NCBI GenBank assembly: GCA_963789265.1
Contig: CAWBKB010000006.1
Span: 352,001-416,000 of the forward strand
Source: an uncultured delta proteobacterium
Lineage (GTDB): Bacteria > Desulfobacterota > Desulfomonilia > Desulfomonilales > Desulfomonilaceae
Length of the DNA: 64,000 nt
Direction of reading: 5' to 3'
This document shows, piece by piece, positions 30,947 through 40,193 of the stretch (position 1 is the stretch's first letter; each line of letters begins with the position of its first letter). A program made the position numbers and the translations under genes. The notes under the pieces are model-generated. The model was not told where the DNA came from. It saw only the letters and a list, made by a program, of their open reading frames with translations, and made no database searches.

Positions 30947-32092
30947 TCACGAGACACCGCACTCCCGGGAGATAATGGTCTGAAGTATTTCCGAAGTGCC
31001 GCCACCGAAGAGCAGGAACCTGCAATCTCTGTAGTAGCGCTGGACGTCGTATTCCATCGAGTAGCTGTACGCTCCGAATATGCGGGTCGCTTCATCGGAT
31101 GCGCGGCAAGCAACTTCAGAAGCGAAGTACTTCGCCATAGACGCTTCCTTGAGAGCGCGTTCGCCACGATCCACCATTTCTGCCGCTTTGTAAATCATCA
31201 AGTGTGAGGCCCATATTTCAGTAGCCATATTGGCAATCTTCTGCTGGATCAGTTGAAAGCTGCCGATTCTTTTTCCAAATTGCGATCGTTCCAGGGAATA
31301 GCGTTTCGATTGGTCGTACGCGGCCCGTGCCAGTCCCAGAGATAGAGCCCCGGTCATCACCCGGATGACTGCCAATATCCGCAAGAGGTTGCCCACGCCT
31401 TGCCCCTCTTTCCCTAACCTATTCTCCAATGGTACGCGTACGTCCGTGAAAGCGAGCTCCGAAACTTCCGTGGCTAAGGTACCAAGCTTATCGAACTTTT
31501 TGGACACATAAAGTCCGGGAGTATCCCGCTCGATGAGAAAGAAATTCAAGCCCCTTAGTCCCTTGGACTTGTCGGCCTGACAGAGAACCGTGAAGAAGTC
31601 TGCCACAGGAGCGTTCGTAATCCAGGTTTTGGAGCCATTGATAAGCCAGGAGTCGCCATCCAGGCGAGCCGTGGTCTTGACTCCGGCCAGATCCGTAGCC
31701 GCGTCAGCCTCTGTCAATGCAAAGGAGGCAACTTTCTCGCCGCGGATAGCCGGCTTCAACATCCGTTCGTGCTGTTCGGGGGTCCCGTACTCAAAAAGAA
31801 AGTTTGTTCCCATCAAGCACTGCATTGCGGTGAACGCGGCTACGCTCATGGACCCGCGCGCCAACTCTTCTACCATCGTACAGAACTGCACGGTATTTCC
31901 CCCGGCTCCGCCGACCGATCTCGGATAACGTATTCCGTAAGCACCGGTCTTGGCTATTTTTTGGAACATCCAACGGGGAAACTTCTCGGCCTCGTCCATT
32001 TCGCGCGCTTTTGGGATTATTTCCGCATCGGTAAAGCGCGCGAACGTCTTTCGAATCAGGGCCTCCGGTTTTGGTTTTGGAATTGCGTTCAC
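30947..32092 (-). CDS. Acyl-CoA dehydrogenase
   Basis: FALTEADAATD, INGSKTWITNA, RSQFGKRIGSFQ, GGGTSEI. Confidence 0.95.
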   Translation of the reverse strand: MNAIPKPKPEALIRKTFARFTDAEIIPKAREMDEAEKFPRWMFQKIAKTGAYGIRYPRSVGGAGGNTVQFCTMVEELARGSMSVAAFTAMQCLMGTNFLFEYGTPEQHERMLKPAIRGEKVASFALTEADAATDLAGVKTTARLDGDSWLINGSKTWITNAPVADFFTVLCQADKSKGLRGLNFFLIERDTPGLYVSKKFDKLGTLATEVSELAFTDVRVPLENRLGKEGQGVGNLLRILAVIRVMTGALSLGLARAAYDQSKRYSLERSQFGKRIGSFQLIQQKIANMATEIWASHLMIYKAAEMVDRGERALKEASMAKYFASEVACRASDEATRIFGAYSYSMEYDVQRYYRDCRFLLFGGGTSEILQTIISRECGVS

Positions 32093-32130
32093 TGTTTGTC
32101 CTCAGTAGGTTGGGGGAGAGAGGGCCCACA

Positions 32131-33321
32131 TTATCCGTGCTCTCGTACCGTGTGGGTTAGTGCGGGAAGGACCTCGAAGAGATCGCCCACAATGGCAAAA
32201 TCAGCTATCTCGAAAATAGGCGCTTCAGGATTCTTGTTGATGGCCACCACATATCGGGACCCGTCCATTCCAGCCTTGTGTTGCACCGCACCCGAGACGC
32301 CGCATGCAAAATAGACCTCAGGTCTAACAGTCTGGCCGGTTTGTCCGACTTGTTGTTCTTGCGGGAGAAAACCTTCTTCCACCACCACCCGTGTACCTGC
32401 GACCTGTCCACCAACAGCATCGGCGAACTCGTTCAAAACCTTCATTCCTAAGTCAGAGCAAACCGGCCGGCCGCCGGCCACAATTATTTTTGCGAGCGGC
32501 AAACTCACTCCCTTGTCTTCGCTCGTTACACATTCAAGGACGTTGGTGAATTCCTTGCAGTCAGCCATACTGATTTCTTCAACGCGGATTTCACCATTTC
32601 TCGATTGATCGCGGTCGAGCGCTTTCATGATTCCCGGTCGCACGGTCGCAGTTTGCGGCCTGGAAAACTTCGAGACGATGGTTGCCATGATGTTTCCGCC
32701 GAAAGCCGGACGTGTCTGAAGAAGTATGCGCTCTTCAGGATCTATCGATAGCCGCGTACAGTCAGCGGTTAGCCCCAGGCCAAGCCTTCGGGCTATTCTT
32801 GGCGCCAGATCTCTCCCCAGATGGGTCGCGGCAATGAGCAGAATGTTTGGTTTGTGCCGCCGGACAAGTTCGCCCAGAATGTGAGTGTAAGTGCAGGTCT
32901 GATAATATGAAAGAGCCGCATGTTCGACGACGACGCACCGATCGGCCCCATGCTGGATTAGCTGGCGTGCGTGATCTCGGATTCCATCTCCCAGAGCCGC
33001 GGCCACGACTTCTTCGCCGAGTTCGTCGGCAAGGGCTCGCGCACAGCCAAGAAGCTCGAACGCGGATCTGTGGAAGACATTTTCGCTCTGTTCCGCAAAA
33101 ACCCACACGCCTCGATAGTCGCTGAAATCCGGCGATTCTCGGGTCGGAATCTCGCCGGTCAGTGCCTCGAATTTGCACGATTCCAGGCACGCGCCGCACA
33201 ATGTGCATCTGTCTTCAATCCATCTCGGTTTCTTGTCTATGGCTTCCAGTGCCTGATATGGGCATGATCGCATGCAAAGGCCGCATGAATTGCATTTTTC
33301 AAGATCAATGCGGATAGCCAT
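32131..33321 (-). CDS. etfA: Electron transfer flavoprotein alpha subunit with an N-terminal 2x[4Fe-4S] domain
   Basis: CxxCxxCxxxCP and CxxCxxCxxxC; GLTADCT, QVGQTG, GVSGAVQH. Confidence 0.95.
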   Translation of the reverse strand: MAIRIDLEKCNSCGLCMRSCPYQALEAIDKKPRWIEDRCTLCGACLESCKFEALTGEIPTRESPDFSDYRGVWVFAEQSENVFHRSAFELLGCARALADELGEEVVAAALGDGIRDHARQLIQHGADRCVVVEHAALSYYQTCTYTHILGELVRRHKPNILLIAATHLGRDLAPRIARRLGLGLTADCTRLSIDPEERILLQTRPAFGGNIMATIVSKFSRPQTATVRPGIMKALDRDQSRNGEIRVEEISMADCKEFTNVLECVTSEDKGVSLPLAKIIVAGGRPVCSDLGMKVLNEFADAVGGQVAGTRVVVEEGFLPQEQQVGQTGQTVRPEVYFACGVSGAVQHKAGMDGSRYVVAINKNPEAPIFEIADFAIVGDLFEVLPALTHTVREHG

Positions 33322-33322
33322 T

Positions 33323-34120
33323 TTATTCTCCGAGCCGGATCTCCTTCTCGCGAAGGGCTTTCACCAACTCTGCGGCAATGGTTGACGGAGATCCTTCCAG
33401 AAAGCGCGTATTCCGAGCTTCTTTGGGAGTGAACGTCCTGATCACTTGAGTGAGCGAGCCGGCAAACCCCAAGTCTTGGACCTTGGCGCCGATGTCCGCT
33501 GCATTCCATATCTCTATTGGGGCGCGATCTGATGTCGCTAACAGTATGCCTTGAACTGTGGGGTGACGCGGCTCGTTAAGGGACGCGAGAACGGTCAGGA
33601 GGGCGGGGGTTGGGGCTTCTATTCTTTCGCAGCCGGTCTCGATAGCGCGTTCTACAACGACTCTGCCGTCCATGACCTCCAACCGCCTCACGTATGTAAG
33701 CTGCGGAATACCGAGGAACTCAGCAACTTGCGGCCCGATTTGGGCTGTGTCGCCATCCACGGCCTGTCGCCCCGCGATGATAAGATCGAACTCGCCGATT
33801 CGCTTCAGCGCCAGCCCCAACGCGGTGGATGTTGCCCATGTATCCGCGCCCGCGAAAGCGCGATCTGTGAGCAGGATGCCTTGATCGGCTCCCATGGAAA
33901 TCGCCTCACACACGGCCTCTATCGCCTGCGGGGGGCCCATGCTCAGGGCCGTCACCTTGCCGCCTGTGCTGTCCTTGATGCTGAGAGCGGCTTCCAGGGC
34001 GTGGCGATCTTCCGGATTTATGATGCTTTCGACACCTTCTCTGAGAAGATTGCCCGTTTTCGGGTCAATTTTGACTTCGGTGGTGTTGGGCACCTGTTTG
34101 ACTAGGACGACAATATGCAT
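33323..34120 (-). CDS. etfB: Electron transfer flavoprotein beta subunit
   Basis: MHIVVLVKQVP, AFAGADTWATS, GRQAVDGDTAQIGP. Confidence 0.95.
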   Translation of the reverse strand: MHIVVLVKQVPNTTEVKIDPKTGNLLREGVESIINPEDRHALEAALSIKDSTGGKVTALSMGPPQAIEAVCEAISMGADQGILLTDRAFAGADTWATSTALGLALKRIGEFDLIIAGRQAVDGDTAQIGPQVAEFLGIPQLTYVRRLEVMDGRVVVERAIETGCERIEAPTPALLTVLASLNEPRHPTVQGILLATSDRAPIEIWNAADIGAKVQDLGFAGSLTQVIRTFTPKEARNTRFLEGSPSTIAAELVKALREKEIRLGE

Positions 34121-34669
34121 AGAGATCTCCGTCGGACCGGTGAGGTGGGCAGCGCAAAAATAGCTCCGGAACGAAGGTTTTGTCAAGTTTAACCGGATAT
34201 GAGTTTTCTCCCCCTTTCATCGAAAAGTTTTTCAGCTCGTGGCTGATGCCAAAAAAAACGCCATGGACACTGTCAGTCCAAGGCGTTTCCTCCTGGAGAA
34301 ACAAAATGTGAGGAAAAAAACAGTCAAGGCGGCGGCATGATCAAACACACAATTGCTGGCCAGCCGTTACGGTACCAATTCGGCTACAACCATTTCGTCC
34401 GGATCTGGGAACCCTTTTTAGGAAATAGCAATTAAGGTCCTGCTCAGTCCTACCGCGTGAGTTGTGCCGCCCCGAATAACTTTAATCCTTCAATCCCGTG
34501 CCCTCTTTAGATACAACATCCATGCCAAAGATAAATATCATCAAATTACAATATGTTATTCAATGGTAAAATGGCGAAAAGCTGAGGAAGTGCGAGAATC
34601 GCCCAGAGGCAGCGATATTGTGGGCGTGAAATGCACACCGGATATCCCGCCAGATCTCCGATCATTATG

Positions 34670-34790
34670 GTTTAGCCTATCAAAGGACTCTATGAGACTT
34701 TTGAGTTCCGGTCGGCGGCTGTGTTCGGCTGCATTTCCCGATTGCAGCTCTTTTTCCACTTTTTTGAGATAATCTTTAACCGCACCCAGC
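34670..34790 (-). pseudogene. N-terminal remnant resembling a Type ISP/IIG restriction-modification enzyme
   Basis: DYLKKVEKELQSGNAAEHSRRPELKSLIES resembles the GNATEH N-terminal motif; truncated. Confidence 0.55.
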
Positions 34791-34859
34791 ACGTGATGAA
34801 CTCCTCTCTCTTCCAGAGATACGTCCTTATACAATATCCGAAGAGGAATTTCCTAGGAA

Positions 34860-35010
34860 TTGAGGTTCACCGCAAAAGCCGTTACCGAGGGCATTGAGGC
34901 CCACATAGGGGACGCGGTCCATGTCCCCGTATACGCCGCCGAAAAGACATTCGCAGATTGCTTCAAATATCGGAACAAGATTGGGATCGATATAGCCACC
35001 GAGGCCATGA
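34860..35010 (+). pseudogene. Fragment of an AbiEi-family (type IV TA) antitoxin
   Basis: TEGIEAH...VPVYAAEKTFADCFKYRNKIGIDIATEAMK; no N-terminus. Confidence 0.7.
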
Positions 35011-35110
35011 AGCGGAGACTACCCATCTCGCAACAACTCGCTTGGAAATCATCAGGTTGAGGGGTGGCAGCTCATCGTTGCCGGGCTGGAAGAACGGCGA
35101 GAAATACCTT

Positions 35111-35449
35111 CTATACTGCAATTCCATGGGATTCGGGAGTTTCTTCCGGTACAAAACGAACCTCCACTCTCTTGTGAAGAGCAGCGGCTATCCTTGACGC
35201 CATCAAAAGAAAGTCTTCTTCGTAATCTGCCTCTTCGATATCCGCAACGACAGAAGCACTTATACCGGCAAGGTCGGCGAGCTGTTCACGGCTGAGACCT
35301 GCTTGGTTACGGAGGTTATAGACCGCTTGCGCAATATCAGCCTTGACCCGTTCCTCTTCGTAAAGAGCAATCTCCTTCGGGTCATTACCGATATATCTGT
35401 CATAGGCCCACTGGAAAGCATCAGAACTGAGTTTCTTTTCTTCTTCCAT
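35111..35449 (-). CDS. XRE/HTH antitoxin (HigA-like)
   Basis: IAQAVYNLRNQAGLSREQLADLAG...RIAAALHKRVEVRF. Confidence 0.85.
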   Translation of the reverse strand: MEEEKKLSSDAFQWAYDRYIGNDPKEIALYEEERVKADIAQAVYNLRNQAGLSREQLADLAGISASVVADIEEADYEEDFLLMASRIAAALHKRVEVRFVPEETPESHGIAV

Positions 35450-35450
35450 T

Positions 35451-35825
35451 TTAGGGCTCCCAGACAAAAGTGTGGAGGATGGAATCTCTCTCGAACTCGG
35501 CTTTCCTCTCCATAGCCCGATCAATTTCCCTTGGCGGAACTTTTTGAGTTTTCTTGATCAACCCGCGAGAGATCACAACGGCGCGTCCTTCATGAAAGAA
35601 ATATAGCATCCGGTGGTTGACGTTTCCACGTTTAACTCTCAGTTCATAAATATCGTCTCTTAGGTAGGCAGCGAAAGGTCTATTGAGTTCATATTCCTGA
35701 TTTCTCAATCGTTCGATACGTTCCAAGCATTTGCGCTTATCCTTTGCCTCCAAATCATCCAGCCAGTCTATCATAGGAACTTTGCCATCGGCCTTCTTGA
35801 AGAATATGACTTGAACCTCCGGCAA
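35451..35825 (-). CDS. RelE/ParE (HigB/Gp49-like) toxin
   Basis: YLRDDIYELRVK...HRMLYFF...KKTQKVPPREIDRA. Confidence 0.88.
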   Translation of the reverse strand: MPEVQVIFFKKADGKVPMIDWLDDLEAKDKRKCLERIERLRNQEYELNRPFAAYLRDDIYELRVKRGNVNHRMLYFFHEGRAVVISRGLIKKTQKVPPREIDRAMERKAEFERDSILHTFVWEP

Positions 35826-36039
35826 TGGTTCGTCCTCCGCGAGTTTTTATCAAGGAATTCGAAAAATGGGTCAAGAGAGACTTTTTCACAAGTTTCTCCA
35901 TTTTCACTTTCTGAATTCCACAACACTCCTCTATCATTTAGGAAATTCCCGCTCCTCAATAATGTTTGAGTGGAAATACTGGAATTCCCTCTCTCCTGTG
36001 CGAATATACTATACTGATGGTGAATTCTTCAGGTAGCTA

Positions 36040-36921
36040 GTGCAAATGGATCGACCGCAAAATCTTCCGACCCGCTGGACCGTCAAAGACATCCTGGAAT
36101 GGACCGCGGGGTATTTCAAGAAAAAAGGTATAACCACTGCCCGGCTCGATGCAGAACTTCTTCTCGCTCATTGCCTGGGAGTGGATCGGCTTCACCTGTA
36201 CTTGAATCTGGAAAGACCTCTGAAGCAAGAGGAGCGAGCCCGATATCGAGAGTTGATCCGCCGCCGCGCCCTGCGGGAGCCTGTGTCTCTGATTAGAGGG
36301 ATCAAAGAGTTTTGGTCCTTGCGTCTAAAAGCTGTACCGGGAGTCCTCATACCCAGGCCCGATACGGAGGCGCTGGTAGAGGCGGTTCTGGAAGAAATCC
36401 GGCATCACCCGAATCCAAATATACTGGAAATCGGCACCGGGTCCGGGGCAATAGCAATTGCAATTGCTCTCGAAAACCGTGGCTTCCGGATCGTTGCCAC
36501 TGATATCGATACCCTAGCGCTCGAAGCCGCGCGTTTCAATGCAATCAATTTGGGCGCGGGTGCCTCCATAGATTTTCTCGCCTCGGACCTCTTCACGGCA
36601 ATCAAACCGGGAAGTAAATTCGAAGTGGTCTGTTGCAACCCGCCGTATATTCCGAGCGACGTGATCCCGACCCTGGAACCGGAGATTAATTTTGAACCTC
36701 GCAAGGCTCTGGACGGCGGCCCGGACGGCCTGGACGTTATTCGTCAACTCGCATCCCAGGCCGGGAATTACCTGGCTGAGAACGGGGCCTTGATCATTGA
36801 AATCGGATCGGAACAGGAAGCTTCGGTTCGTGAAATGTTTGAGACTCTCGGAGGTCTCCATGATATACGCACATTCCCGGACCTGTCGGGAAAGCCACGA
36901 GTCGTTAGCGGTAGACTCTGA
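36040..36921 (+). CDS. prmC: Release factor glutamine methyltransferase
   Basis: ARLDAELLL, VLIPRPDTE, EIGTGSGAI, NPPY, ALDGGPDGL. Confidence 0.96.
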   Translation: MQMDRPQNLPTRWTVKDILEWTAGYFKKKGITTARLDAELLLAHCLGVDRLHLYLNLERPLKQEERARYRELIRRRALREPVSLIRGIKEFWSLRLKAVPGVLIPRPDTEALVEAVLEEIRHHPNPNILEIGTGSGAIAIAIALENRGFRIVATDIDTLALEAARFNAINLGAGASIDFLASDLFTAIKPGSKFEVVCCNPPYIPSDVIPTLEPEINFEPRKALDGGPDGLDVIRQLASQAGNYLAENGALIIEIGSEQEASVREMFETLGGLHDIRTFPDLSGKPRVVSGRL

Positions 36922-37540
36922 AACCCGCTTCGTAATCGTTGGTCTGGGAAAATTCGGGTGCATCGCGCTGGATCGCCTGAGCAGTTCATTCCCGGAGTCC
37001 CGGATCATTGTGATCGAACGGGACAATGCAAAATCCGAAGGCAAGTACCCCGACTCAATCAATTTGATCCAAGGAGACGCAGTCTCTTTCTTGCTCGATT
37101 CCCCTTTGCTCCGTGCCGAAGACCTTATAATTCCGATGGTCCCGTTCCATCTGGCGGCTGCGTACGTCTTGGCGCGGCACCCCGAGTCACGCGGAACGCC
37201 AATTCCCGAACAGGTGATAGGATTGCTCCCCAATCCTCTGCTTATCAACGAGTCCAATGTCGTTTGCAGCCGTGCGGACTTTCTGTGTCCCGACGATTGC
37301 CCGGAGGGTGAGTTATGCACTGTGACAGGCGAGCCCAGGGTACCCCTGTACGACGATCTGGGACGGCTAGAAATGCCAGGCTACAATCTACTGGTTCAGA
37401 AAAGTTTGCAGATCCTGCCGGGGGTGGGAGGTTATAAACTGGGAGATCTTCAACGGCTTGCCGAGCTTGCGGACAAAGGCCGGCTGATTATTGCCACTTC
37501 GTGCAAATGCCACGGTATTCTAACTACCATCGTTGCATGA
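36860..37540 (+). CDS. Hypothetical protein with a Rossmann-like N-terminus and Cys-rich C-terminus (start uncertain)
   Basis: IVGLGKFG; CPDDCPEGELCTVTG; TSCKCHG. Confidence 0.7.
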   Translation: MIYAHSRTCRESHESLAVDSETRFVIVGLGKFGCIALDRLSSSFPESRIIVIERDNAKSEGKYPDSINLIQGDAVSFLLDSPLLRAEDLIIPMVPFHLAAAYVLARHPESRGTPIPEQVIGLLPNPLLINESNVVCSRADFLCPDDCPEGELCTVTGEPRVPLYDDLGRLEMPGYNLLVQKSLQILPGVGGYKLGDLQRLAELADKGRLIIATSCKCHGILTTIVA

Positions 37541-37737
37541 CAAACCTTTCATGCACATTCTCCTTTAACAGGAGATTGCAAATTTCGTCAAATTAGGAAG
37601 AAGACCAAAGAGGAAGGATTTGCAGCCGAGACATTGCGAAGTTCTCAAATGCATTTCTTTAAATTGCTGGACCAAGACGGCTAGGATTTGAGCCGCTTAA
37701 CATACGCGTACCTTGGAGCGGAGAAGAGGTGAGATCT

Positions 37738-38100
37738 ATGAAGACAATATTAGCGTTTCCGACAGTTCTTGTTGCGGCATTAGTCCTGGTAATGGTTCAT
37801 GCCGGCCCCACTTACGCGCAACACACATCGATAGCGGTTGCCAATGCCGGGGCCGCGGTGGACTCCGTGGTCGGGACTGGAGGACACGTACCCGCGCAAC
37901 TGGTTAGAGGAGGCCACGGCCGAGGTTTTCGTTTCGGACATCGAAGGCCGTTCTTTTTCGGCGGGATCGGTGTAGTGCCGTATTCTTACTATGGTGATGA
38001 CTACTTCTATGGATGCGGTGAGGGATGTTATCAGGAAGGCGCCAAGACCTGTGTTTGGAACGGATACAAATACAGGTGCTACGTTGAGCCGTCGTATTGA
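37738..38100 (+). CDS. Small secreted Gly/His/Tyr-rich protein
   Basis: Signal peptide, RGGHGRGFRFG, Tyr/Cys-rich C-terminus. Confidence 0.7.
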   Translation: MKTILAFPTVLVAALVLVMVHAGPTYAQHTSIAVANAGAAVDSVVGTGGHVPAQLVRGGHGRGFRFGHRRPFFFGGIGVVPYSYYGDDYFYGCGEGCYQEGAKTCVWNGYKYRCYVEPSY

Positions 38101-38284
38101 TGCTATTGATCCGGGGCATTTGTGTGGCGGACGGCGAGGAATTAGAATAACCGCGGGAGTACCGGGGACGGCGTGGAGAGACCCTCAGTTCCGGTTTTTC
38201 GGCGGCCGGTGCGGCCTATGACGATACCGCCCGGCCGGAGAAGGTCGTTCCCCGGTCTACACGCGTCCCCGGGTGAGCTTGGCA

Positions 38285-39484
38285 TCAATCTGAATTAGGT
38301 TCTTCCTTGGGTTGCGCTCGGCGTGGCAATGGAATGTTGCAAAGTTGGCGGAGTAGCCTGCTCCTTACTATAAAGAGGCCGTTCCCTTTAGGCTTTTGGG
38401 AGGTCCATAGCATCACCACAGCGTCACCTTTACCCGGCACAAAGGACATGATGCTGTGAAAGCCCGGCACACCGCCGTTTTTGCTCACGACGGAATATCC
38501 GCCGGCCTTTTTCTCAAACCAACCGGGAGTCCCGGAAAAGTCGGGATTAATTCGCCTGATCATTAGCTCAAAGGTCGCGTGATTCAGCAACGCTCCGGGT
38601 CGAAGGGCCTTGTAGAATTTCAGTAGATCCGAGAGCGTGCTTTGAAGATGACCGGATGGCATCGCGTAGGGGCCACCCTTAATCCTATGTTCTATTGGTA
38701 TGAGTTCCCCCTTTAGGGCCCTGTACCCTGTGGCCATGTTACGGTCGGCAATTCCCGAGCCTGTGTGGTCCATGTGCAATGGCCCAAAGACCGTCTTTCG
38801 CATGTAGTTCAGATACCTCATACCGCTGACGGCTTCGATGATCTTTCCCACTACCGCAAAATTGAAGTTGTTATATTCCTGGTTAGTTCCAGGTGCAAAG
38901 TCCAAGGGCACATCTTCAGCGGCTTGGAGCATTTCTAGAAAGGTCGGATACTTCCAGCCCATCTCAGGAATGCCGCTTTGATGGGCCATAAACTGTTTGA
39001 TCGTAATTGATTGCCAACTCTTAGGGAGCCTTTTCAAGTATTTGGCGGCTGGAGCATTTAGGTCCAACTTCCCTTGCTCGACGAGCAACATGGCCCCGAC
39101 AGCCGTGATAGCTTTGGAGAGCGAGCCAATATAGAAAACGGTATTCATATCCGGCGCTTCACCCGATGCGAAGGACTTTACTCCATACCCTTTCTCTACT
39201 ACTACTTGCCCGTTTCTTACGACGCCGACAACCAAACCGGGCAATTGCTTACGCCTCATGGCCGGCACGATGATACGATTGGCGGCGGCTTCAGCAAAAT
39301 TGCTCGCGTGTGGCCCCCCCGGCTTAATCCATTTCTCCTGAGCCGGAGCGGAAGTCGGTAAGAGTGTTAAAAGGAGTCCCACGAACAACACAAGTTGGAG
39401 TTTTTGGCTGTGACCCGGAGAAACGATCTCCGATCGACGTTTCATTTCAGAATAGTCCATAGTTAGGTCCTGCCTTGTTACCAT
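38285..39484 (-). CDS. Serine hydrolase, beta-lactamase family
   Basis: FYIGSLSK (SxxK), HQSGIP, EYNN, KNGGVPGF. Confidence 0.92.
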   Translation of the reverse strand: MVTRQDLTMDYSEMKRRSEIVSPGHSQKLQLVLFVGLLLTLLPTSAPAQEKWIKPGGPHASNFAEAAANRIIVPAMRRKQLPGLVVGVVRNGQVVVEKGYGVKSFASGEAPDMNTVFYIGSLSKAITAVGAMLLVEQGKLDLNAPAAKYLKRLPKSWQSITIKQFMAHQSGIPEMGWKYPTFLEMLQAAEDVPLDFAPGTNQEYNNFNFAVVGKIIEAVSGMRYLNYMRKTVFGPLHMDHTGSGIADRNMATGYRALKGELIPIEHRIKGGPYAMPSGHLQSTLSDLLKFYKALRPGALLNHATFELMIRRINPDFSGTPGWFEKKAGGYSVVSKNGGVPGFHSIMSFVPGKGDAVVMLWTSQKPKGNGLFIVRSRLLRQLCNIPLPRRAQPKEEPNSD

Positions 39485-39711
39485 TTAGATGCTCCTATGC
39501 ATTTCTGGGTTCAAATGGATACTAGTTGAATTTTCCTGGTCTCGGGATGACATTTGGTGCTAACTTGCCACTATCCTATTGGTCATAGGGGGTGTAGTGA
39601 AACACCCAGCCATCCGCCGCCGCCATCTTCGGTGGATGGCCTGCTTTGGTTCGATGGTGCGGGACTTCGTTGCACAATCAAGGTGGGGAAAGAGATCTCG
39701 GGAGCAATAAG

Positions 39712-40167
39712 TTGGCTACATCGTTCGTGAGTTGCGTCATGCATTACGTATTCAGCACCAAAGGGCGCAACCCTCTCTTAGTCGACCAGATGAGGACAAG
39801 CCTCTGGGCCTATATGGGGGCCATTTCACGCAATTATCGGATGAAAGCCTTGGCTGTTTGGTGGAACTGCAGACCACGTCCACATTTTGATGTCGTTACC
39901 TTCGTCGATTTCCATTGCTGATGGTATTCGACTGATCAAGGGCAATTCATCTAAGTGGGTTAATGAAACGTTCCCCTCTCCGACAGGTTTTGCTTGGCAG
40001 ACCGGATATGGAGCATTTAGTGTGAGCCGCTTGTTCATTCCGGAAACCATCGGCTATATCAATAATCAACCATCCCATCACAGAATCACAACCTTTCAAG
40101 AGGAGTACGTGTACACTTTTTGGAGAAACATGGATTGGAATACGACGTACGATATTTGTGGGGATAA
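39712..40167 (+). pseudogene. tnpA: IS200/IS605-superfamily Y1 HUH transposase (REP-associated type); two frameshifts
   Basis: HYVFSTKGR, GGTADHVHIL, KGNSSKW, FAWQTGYGAFSVS, YINNQ..HH, LEKHGLEYDVRYLW across three frames. Confidence 0.85.
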
Positions 40168-40193
40168 GGTTCGTCCAGAAACCTGGCGATAAA

